A stretch of DNA of 64,000 bases from Macrostomum lignano. Its lineage: Eukaryota. Both the position numbers and the translations under genes were made by a program. How positions within the stretch are numbered: position 1 is the first letter of the stretch; every line of letters begins with the position of its first letter. Shown here piece by piece: positions 55,290 through 64,000 of this stretch. The stretch is taken from assembly GCA_002269645.1 (NCBI GenBank), contig NIVC01000717.1, positions 124,001 to 188,000 on the forward strand, written 5' to 3'. The notes below the pieces were generated by a model. That model had not been told where the DNA came from and did no database searches. It saw nothing but the letters and a program-made list of their open reading frames with translations.

Positions 55290-58163
55290 ATGGCCGCTCT
55301 TCGTCTGGAATCGAACAAAACCGCGACACATTGCTCACCGTCTTCAGTACCTGCAGAGTCTGCTCTGTCCAGCTTTGTTAATCTTGAGCGCATTGTCCTG
55401 GATCTAGAGAGCCAATCCATATCTAGAATCGAATTGCCAGCTAAATCAGACGGCATTGAAAAATGCAATCAGTCCGGCACTTTAACTAAACTCCTCCATT
55501 TAAAACCAGTTGTTAAATTGACTCGATTGAAAATCTTACCTGCAGCCAATCGCTGTTCAAGCCAAATCGACCAGCCTAGGCAACAGATTATATCAGCCTC
55601 CATATTGCCTTACACGCCTCAGGTTGGCGATCTGGCTGTTTACTTAGCTGACGCCCACACCGGCTGGTTTAATAATTATCGACAGAAGCATAAACTCGTT
55701 GCTCCTACTTATAGTAGTAAACTTGTTGAAGAAGCACCCGACGCTGTTAGACCCGAGCGAGCTGTGGTCCGAGTGCGCGGCATTCGCTACGTCCAATGTC
55801 GGAAACCCGACCAGTCAGCCGACTGGTTGATGCGGCTGCGCCTGAGAATTATCGGTGAAAATTGTGCTCAATCTAAATCAACAGTGCCGGAATTTATTGA
55901 TGCCACCTGGCCTTTGATTGGTAGTAATTCTACAGAGTCTAGCAGCCTTGCTACGCCACAGTTTCTTGTGCCTCATTCTGTCTATAATACTGCTATGCAA
56001 ATGCAGTGGCACGTTGGTGACAAGTGTCGTTACCGCTGTTGTTATGGCAACAATAGTAAAGCGGAGTCTGACCGATTTGGCACAGTGCTGGGCTTTGACA
56101 AACGAAATCTAGTCAGCGGCTGGCGTTGCGTCAGAGTTCAGTGGAATGATGAAGTCGGCGAGGATCGTGTCAGCCCGTGGGAGATGCTGCCGGTTAGTGA
56201 AATTTGTGTTTGAGTCTGTTTATCCGCTCTTGTAGTCTGTTTATCCACTCCTTGAGGCTTGGGTCTGTTTATCCACTCCTTGAGGCTTGAGTCTGTTTAT
56301 CCACTCCTTGAGGCTTGAGTCTGTTTATTCGCTTCTTGAGGCTTGAGTCTGTTTATCCACTCCTTGAGGCTTGGGTCTGTTTATCCACTCCTTGAGGCTT
56401 GAGTCTGTTTATCCACTCCTTGAGGCTTGAGTCTGTTTATCCACTCCTTGAGGCTTGAGTCTGTTTATCCACTCCTTGAGGCTTGGGTCTGTTTATCCAC
56501 TCCTTGAGGCTTGAGTCTGTTTATCCACTCCTTGAGGCTTGAGTCTGTTTATCCACTCCTTGAGGCTTGAGTCTGTTTATCCACTCCTTGAGGCTTGAGT
56601 CTGTTTATCCACTCCTTGAGGCTTGAGTCTGTTTATCCACTCCTTGAGGCTTGAGTCTGTTTATCCACTCCTTGAGGCTTGAGTCTGTTTATTCGCTTCT
56701 TGAGGCTTGAGTCTGTTTATCCACTCCTTGAGGCTTGGGTCTGTTTATCCACTCCTTGAGGCTTGAGTCTGTTTATCCTCTCTTTGAGTCTGTTTATCCG
56801 CTCTTTGAGTCTGTTTATCCGCTCTTTGAGTCTGTTTATCCGGTCCTTGAGTCTGTTTATCCGCTCTTTGAGTCTGTTAATCCCGTCTTTGAGTCTGTTT
56901 ATCCGGTCTTTGAGTCTGTTTATCCGGTCTTTGAGTCTGTTTATCCGCTCTTTGAGGCTTGAGTCTGTTTATCCACTCCTTGAGGCTTGAGTCTGTTTAT
57001 TCGCTTCTTGAGGCTTGAGTCTGTTTATCCACTCCTTGAGGCTTGGGTCTGTTTATCCACTCCTTGAGGCTTGAGTCTGTTTATCCACTCCTTGAGGCTT
57101 GAGTCTGTTTATTAGCTTCTTGAGGCTTGAGTCTGTTTATCCACTCCTTGAGGCTTGGGTCTGTTTATCCACTCCTTGAGGCTTGAGTCTGTTTATCCTC
57201 TCTTTGAGTCTGTTTATCCGCTCTTTGAGTCTGTTTATCCGCTCTTTGAGTCTGTTTATCCGGTCCTTGAGTCTGTTTATCCGCTCTTTGAGTCTGTTAA
57301 TCCCGTCTTTGAGTCTGTTTATCCGGTCTTTGAGTCTGTTTATCCGCTCTTTGAGTCTGTTTATCCGCTCTTTGAGTCTGTTTATCCGGTCCTTGAGTCT
57401 GTTTATCCGCTCTTTGAGTCTGTTAATCCCGTCTTTGAGTCTGTTTATCCGGTCTTTGAGTCTGTTTATCCCGTCTTTGAGTCTGTTTATCCGGTCTTTG
57501 AGTCTGTTTTGTCCCGTCTTTGAGTCTGTCTCTATTCCATAAATCTCTGAGAAGTTGTCGGTTTTAACTCTGAATACCATGACCTATTTTTAAAGTTCAG
57601 TTGCCTTAATTATCTCGCATAAATTTCAACCAATCCCAAAACAGTTGGACCAAGACAACGCGACAAAGACTGCCGTTTTGTCGACAACCGAATCTGCCTC
57701 ATCTCGGCGCTCAGAGTCGCTACTGCTGGACCGCATGCTCTCCTGTCTTCAAGAATGTCGCCGACCCTGCTGGCGTCGCCTGTTCGGCCTCGCTTTCTTA
57801 GCCGACCGTCGACCTCGCCGTTGTCAGAAGAGTTGGAAATCGAATTTTCCACTAAACGTTTCCATGGTGACGAAGCGGCTTCGACTTGGACAGTATCGGC
57901 ATTCGCTGGCCGTTTTGCACGACTTAGCCGCTCTGTCCACCAACTATCGGAAGCGTTGGAGACTCGCCTATCGTACTGGCAGCGTCCGGAACACGGCCGA
58001 GGCGGCGGTCGACGTTAAACGAGCCAGTCTGCTCTGCGACTCTGTAGCCGTTTGTTGCAGCCGGCTGGGCCAAGGAATTCAGGAGGACGAGAATTTGCGA
58101 GAGATGCTGCTTGTGCCTGGCAGGGAAGGCCTGCTGCCCTTAGTTAATGGCGTGTTCCGCTGA
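55290..58163 (+). CDS. Truncated BRWD paralogue: Tudor-like module + degenerate bromodomain, 473 aa, exons 55290-56192 and 57645-58163
   Basis: LPYTPQVGDLAVY, WHVGDKCR and VRVQWNDEVGEDRVSPWEM align by eye to the neighbouring BRWD ([38 protein letters not shown]). Donor CCG|GTTAGT and acceptor acAG|TTG are both phase 0. FPLNVSMVTKRLRLGQYR resembles [18 protein letters not shown]. Confidence 0.8.
56212..57530. repeat. Compound 28-bp / 21-bp GAGTCTGTTTATCC minisatellite with a superimposed 420-bp duplication
   Basis: Both unit types are directly visible. The block at 56735 recurs at 57155. Confidence 0.93.
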
Positions 58164-58339
58164 AACTGATTAGTTAATGTTGTCCATGTACCTTCATCAA
58201 ACCATATTTATTGATAAGATTCTTAATCTACCTCTTTAGCGAACATTTTCTAACGGTTGATTTTGGGGTGAAGGTGGCTGTCCTTGCCCCGATCAATAAT
58301 ATTGTTAAGGTTCGGTTTCTGGAATAAAATCAATATATT

Positions 58340-58620
58340 TTTATCAAAACCCAGTTGGGGTGGGTGTCTTGACTAAACCGATCGATATTTAAGTGGGGTG
58401 GGTGTCTTGGCTAAACCGATCGATATTGAAGTGGGGTGGGTGTCTTGGCTAAACCGATCGATATTGAAGTGGGGTGGGTGTCTTGGCTAAACCGATCGAT
58501 ATTGAAGTGGGGTGGGTGTCTTGGCTAAATCGATCGATATTGAAGTGGGATGGGTGTCTTGGCTAAATCGATCGATATTGAAGTAGGGGTGGGTGTCTTG
58601 TTATAATCGACCGATATATA
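58340..58620. repeat. 38-bp minisatellite (AAGTGGGGTGGGTGTCTTGGCTAAACCGATCGATATTG)
   Basis: Period 38 (58391, 58429, ...). Same family as the array at 60390. Confidence 0.9.
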
Positions 58621-59214
58621 GTTATATGTATTTATCTGCAAGTCATGTTTTGTATTTATAATTATAGGTGATCTGGGGTGTCTGTGTTTTAAATCGTGTT
58701 TTACACTTCTTTGTTGTGTTTTCTTTTTACTCGTAAGCTAAGAATCTTACTCTCTTCTTTCACGTTTTAAAGGTAATCAGTTGGCTAATATAGAATAAAG
58801 CCTTCTTCTTTCATGACAATGCCACTGTGAATGTCGATGTATTGAATATTTGTTCATCTATAGTTAATAATCACGTGCTTTACCAATCATAAAATTGCAA
58901 TCTACTTCTGTGCAAATGCAAATTTAGCCATTGGCTAAATCTATCCTGTAATTAAATTTTATCTGTTATCTAGAGTTCCTTTGTTACCTACCGATGCTTT
59001 TATGCATTCCTTTTAAAATATTTCCACACTAATATGCAGTATATCAAGTTAATAATTTCCTACATGTGTCTTATTTTCATATGCGCTTAAATTAAGCAGT
59101 AACCTATTTAAATGCATAGTTAATTAATATATATATTTGGAGCCATGTGCCATATTAATTATTGCAGTGAATGTTGATTTCATAAAAATATTCCTGTCCT
59201 TATTATTCACTTTA

Positions 59215-59450
59215 TACCCATCGCGCACCCACCCCACTTCCCGCTGGGTTTGGCTGGCTACGCTTTGCAGTTCAGACCCATCGCGCACCCACCCCACTCC
59301 CCGCTGGGTTTGGCTGGCTACGCTTTGCAGTTCAGACCCATCGCGCGCACCCACCCCACTTCCCGCTGGGTTTGGCTGGCCACGCTTTGCAGTTCAGACC
59401 CATCGCGCACCCACCCCACTCCCCGCTGGGTTTGGCTGGCCACTGTGTAT
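59215..59450. repeat. 60-bp tandem repeat, ~4 copies
   Basis: Lines 59221 and 59281 are nearly identical. Confidence 0.92.
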
Positions 59451-60164
59451 TTCGGACCCGTCAGATACAGGAGTACTCGTACATGTAGAAGTAAAAAAAG
59501 TTAGACAGCTAGCTCTTGAATACAAGCAGTTTTGATACGCCATATCAAGTACGTATAGACTTTCAAAGCGTTTTTATATTTGATATTATTTAATCAAAAT
59601 ATGAAGCTTCTACAGATTCAAGGTTGGAAGTTGAGTCGCCTTGCGAAATTTTATTTTTCTTTCGATGAGACAAATCAACTGCATCAAATACCTATATTAT
59701 AGTTTGTACGAGTGTGTACCAGATCTGGCATGCGTTACAAATGAAATTATCCATTGAATATTGGCACTGAATATATATGGGGAATAATTGATTGAAACAA
59801 TGACGAGATTACCTTACATCGATAGCTACAACACGCTGTACATGAAAGTGATTTTAGAAAGAGAAATTTAACACTAATTCCAATTACTTAATTTTCATTT
59901 CGTATAAACGAGTGGGCTTCTTATCACTATCAGGTACCGGTATAGGTAACAAATCACAAGCAATCGAAGGTTAACTAAAAAGTGTGAGCTACAGTTTGGT
60001 GTACAAATAACAAAATCAAAGCGATTTACTAAGATAATAAATCAATCAATCAATTTTTAACAATTATTTGATCGTAGCACTGTTTCAGTGAGACCTTAGC
60101 CACTTGTTTTTTGTACTCTAACAGAAAAAGTCCTACGAACGCACTACTAGCAGTAGCTTGCCGG

Positions 60165-61387
60165 CTAAACAGAGGGCTGACTGCGATCGTTAGTGACGGC
60201 CTTCTTTAAGCCGTCCTTGCGGAATCCGGCGATATCCGACAGCAGCGCGCCGCGGCCCTGGCCACCGCCAGCCGCTCCAGGGTCACCGCTTGGTGGCATC
60301 GGCGGTGGTGGCGGCGGTGGGACACCAGGAGGCGGAGGAGGAGGAGGCGGCTGCTGCTGTTGCGCGCTCGCTGTATTAATAAAAATGTACGATTTGTCCT
60401 GGTCAAATCGATCGATATTGGAGTGGAATGGTGTCCTGGTCCAATCGATCGATATTGGGGTGAAATGGGTGCCTTTGTGAAATCGATCGATATTGGAGTG
60501 GAATGGGTGCCTTGTCCAATCGATCGATATTGGGGTGGAATGGGTGCCTTTGTGAAATCGATCGATATTGGAGTGGGATGGGTGTCCTGGTCAAATCGAT
60601 CAATATATTGGACTGGAATGGGTGTCTTAGTTTAATCGATCGATATTTGAGTTGGGATGGGTGTCCTGGTCAAATCGATCGATATTGGGGTGGAATGGGT
60701 GTCTTGATCCAATCGATCGATATATTGGACTGGAATGGGTGTCTTAGTCTAATCGATCGATATTGGAGTGGGGTGGGTGTCTTGGTCAAACCGATCGATA
60801 TTGAAGTGGGAGTGGGTGTCTTAGTCTAATCGATCAATATTGGAGTGGGATGGGTGTCTTGGTCCAATCGACCGATTTTTGAGTGGAATGGGTACCTTAG
60901 TTAAATCGATCGATATTGGGGTGGGTGTCCTGGTTAAATCGATCGATATTGGGGTGGGTGTCCTGGTTAAATCGATCGATATATGAGTGGAGTAGGTGTC
61001 TTGGTCTAATCGATCGACATTGGAGTTGGGATGGGTGCCTAGGTCAAACCGATCGATATTGAAGTACTCGGCTTTTCACTTACGGTTGGCTTTAGTAGCA
61101 TCACCGTCTGCGGACTGCAACAAGACGGAAGAATAAAGAGAACCGTTTTAATTCATAGAAAGAAAACTGCTATTCGAAGCTGTAGGAGCTGGTCAAACCA
61201 AAGCTTTTAAAACAGAACTCACCGAAAATTTCGCTGTCCTTCTTGCCCGCCTTTCATCCTCAGTAAGGTTGGCCGCTCTCGAACGCCGTTTCACCAGGCT
61301 CACTTGGCGCTGGTCCTCTCGCAGTCGGAACTCTTGAGCAGCCTTATAGGCGGTGAGCACCTCTTTAGCTCTGCCAGCAATCTTCCA
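60165..61387 (-). CDS. 3' exons of a polyproline + C-terminal WH2 (WIP/verprolin-type) actin-binding protein: 61387(or 61450)-61223, 61114-61084, 60370-60165
   Basis: GT/AG sites and phases (0,1) chain to ..PSAQQQQPPPPPPPPGVPPPPPPPMPP..GRGALLSDIAGFRKDGLKKAVTNDRSQPSV*. A possible upstream exon at 63566-63486 is uncertain. Confidence 0.75.
60390..61050. repeat. 38-bp ATCGATCGATATT-core minisatellite in the last intron of the WH2 gene
   Basis: Directly visible. Confidence 0.9.
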
Positions 61388-61570
61388 CTGTGGCTTGGCC
61401 AGATAGTGAACCGGCGTGGATGCGAAGAAGCTTGAGTTGGGATTTGAGCACTTTATTTATGAGTCATTGCGTTCCGTATAAAAAAATAATCCCCAATTCC
61501 TCTTTGGTTAAAAGACCAAGTTTCCAACTAAGCATTCTGGCCACAGAACTTCATTTCCTTACTCAAAGAA

Positions 61571-63473
61571 GCCTCTATGGTCGCTGCGCTCCCCAGGAAG
61601 GGACACTATAGTTTGGGCAGCATACAAGTTTAGGGGTAAAAACCCAATTGGAAAGCAGTAAATGAATAGGAAAATGCAACGTTTTTCATTTTTTGATTGA
61701 TAACTTTTTAACTCAAAGTCATAGAAAGATGCAGCTTGCACTATTCAACGCAAAACATTCAGAACTTTAGGTCTCCAAGGTAAGGTTGTATTATTCAAAA
61801 AACTCCCGTTTTTAGTGCGAGAAAAAATACTTTACGACCCATCAGGCCATGCAAACATATGAAATAAAAATTGAATTGGTTACCCTTAGGTGATAATCAA
61901 GCAAAAGAGAGTGAAATTAACTTACCTACACAGCAGACAATTGCTGGTGCAAGCTGTATAAAAATAGCACTTTGTATGACTCTGTAAAACAAAAGCAAAG
62001 TCTACAACGAGTATACATCAGAGCTATAGCTCAATTTCTCAGATAGTTTTGACTTCAAAATGTTTCTGCCTCATCCTAGCAGCGACGCATGGCACTCTCT
62101 CGCCGAGTCTGAGCAGATGTCATTGTGGTAGGTCGCTTCTCAGGAACAGTTTCGATGAAGTAGGATGGCGCGCTTGGAAAGATGCTGGGTACGGCATCAG
62201 AAGTGAACCAAGCGTCGATTTTTCAGCTTCTTTGCTTGTCCATCTGCATATGCAAATGCCGGAGCGCTTACGGCTGGAGTTGGAGTACTGAGAGTTGGTT
62301 ACAAATAACCTTTCAGAAAAATGCAGCGAGCAGATCCGGTAGTTGTGCTTTGGATCGCAGCGCAACTTCTCCAACTCTGCTGCTGTCCACTTTCGGGGAA
62401 TTGCAGAGATCCATTTTCCCGAAGCTCCGGCTGTGTATATATTCTTTTTCCAGTTAGCAAGCTATGAAATACGAGAGGTGTTACAAAAGTTCGCGTACAA
62501 ACTGCTCTAGCGAGAAATCGATAAGCAGCAGCATCATTTCATATTTTATGCCATTCCCCTAAACTTGTATAGCGGAGTGGCGTGGGGCGGGTGAGTGTCA
62601 TGGAGGAAAGAATAGAATGGAGTGCTAATCTGAGCCAGTTATTTTTATCTCGCTCGATCTTCGCTTTTAACATCCCTTCCCCCCGTTCTTTCCTATTGGC
62701 TCGTGACTACCATAGACAAAGTCTTTTTCGTCTCGATTTCGTTTTCGCCCCCTCGGAAAGTAACACCATCTGAAAGTAGTATCGTGGACTATATATGACT
62801 ATAATGCCAGTGGATACAGCATGCGAAGCTTTGAGCAAAAATTCAATCTACTTGATTCTGTACATTCGGTCAATTCATTTTAAGATTCACTTGAATCTAA
62901 AAACGTTATATTACTAAAATACATGATGCGTTATATTTTGCAGCGTATATACAAGAGTCGTTGTGTGACCGTACTATGTTATGACCGTACATACATAGAA
63001 ATTCAAAGGCAGCACTAAATTCTTTTGAAAAATAAACATTAAACTAATGGCTTTCAGTTTATGTAGTAACTACCAGAAATTTTTAACTTTAACTTAAAAC
63101 TTAAACTTAAAGAAACTTAACGTACAATAAACTTTTATCAATTTTTGTGAAATTAAATGCCTGATGATTCTGGCAGCGAAAGGCATGTCATTTTAGTTAA
63201 GCTACACAAAAAACTAAAACTCTGAAAAAAACATATTTTGACGTGAGCTCGCACTTTGGTGTGACATATTTTTCAGAGGGGGCGAAAACGAAATCGAGAC
63301 GAAAAAGACTTTGTCTATGGTAGTCACGAGCCAATAGGAAAGAACGGGGGGAAAGGGATGTCGAAAGCGAAGATCGAGCGAGACAAAAACAACTGGCTCA
63401 GATTAGCACTCCATTCTATTCTTTCCTCCATGGTGAGTGTCCCTTCCTGGGGAGCGCAGCGACCATAGAGACT
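61571..63473. mobile_element. Nested non-autonomous DNA elements with long inverted arms and a decayed THAP domain
   Basis: 62599-62754 is inverted at 63276-63433, and 61571-61607 is inverted at ~63437-63473. The intervening ~1-kb insert has its own 15-bp IR (ATACAAGTTTAGGGG, 61622 / 62556) and minus-strand remnants VFHSL..PELR..KWISAIPRK..RICSLHFSERLF. Confidence 0.6.
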
Positions 63474-63789
63474 TCCCTGCCTTACTATTGCCTGCAAGGC
63501 AAGCAAGTTGATACTTCGGCCATAGACATCTGCACAATGAAGGATGCCAGCAGCAACCACTGCCATAGACTCTCAATTTTCAAAACTATTGTTGAATTTT
63601 TGAGCTTATTGAAATCATGCCATAAAAATCGAGTTCCATTTTCCCTCGTTATGCGCCGGGCCAAATCGATTGCTTCTGAATCGGAATAATTTTATAAAAA
63701 TACCCCACCCAGCCAACGGATTAGGCCAGGATCGGCTAACTCCGGCCCGCGAAGCCTCTCTATCTGGCCTTCGGGTCTCAATGTTTGTG

Positions 63790-64000
63790 TCTCTTCTCCC
63801 CTCTCCCCTCTCATCTCTCGACTCACCTCTCTCCCCTCTTCTCTCTCCACTCTTCCCTCTCTCTTCTCTCTTCCCTCTCCCCTCTTCTACCCCCTTCCTC
63901 TCTCCCATCTCCTTTCTTCCCTTTCCCTCCTTTCTCTCATGTCTCTTCTCCCATTTCATCTCTCGCCTCTCCTCTCTTACTCTTTTCTCTCTTATCTTCT
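63790..64000. repeat. CT-rich low-complexity tract
   Basis: Directly visible. Confidence 0.9.

Noticed and set aside
55290-56213. BRWD paralogue as a simple intronless retrocopy ending at 56213
   Set aside because: A phase-compatible donor (56192) and acceptor (57645) add an exon with continued BRWD-like similarity, so the two-exon model fits better.

Overview
Eukaryotic (animal) genomic DNA: intron-rich, full of intronic mini/microsatellites and decayed transposons. The style suggests an invertebrate such as a Macrostomum-like flatworm, but that is inference only. Genes, with exons reconstructed by hand from GT/AG sites and phase: (1) a two-exon SHP2/corkscrew-like phosphatase (297-2207,+); (2) a six-exon, 244-aa secreted Cys-rich protein hidden among repeats (6543-13120,-); (3) a PAN/apple + fibrinogen-domain gene with a premature stop (19196-20468,+); (4) a large BRWD3/PHIP-family gene (34160-52840,+) with a different tandem repeat in almost every large intron; (5) a two-exon truncated BRWD paralogue with a Tudor-like module and a degenerate bromodomain (55290-58163,+); (6) the 3' exons of a polyproline-WH2 gene (60165-61387,-). 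Mobile elements include a solo LTR with a dense AP-1/CArG/Ets/TATA promoter, Tc1 and mariner elements, two tRNA-SINE families, MITEs and THAP/Academ-like remnants. The top finding is a 4,976-bp DNA transposon (26518-31493) nested in the mariner at an AAA|TTT site with no TSD. It has long TIRs built from 161-bp units. Its HTH-DDE-SWIM-like transposase ORF is followed in the same frame, across one TAA in a CARYYA context, by a ubiquitin-specific protease (USP/C19) domain.
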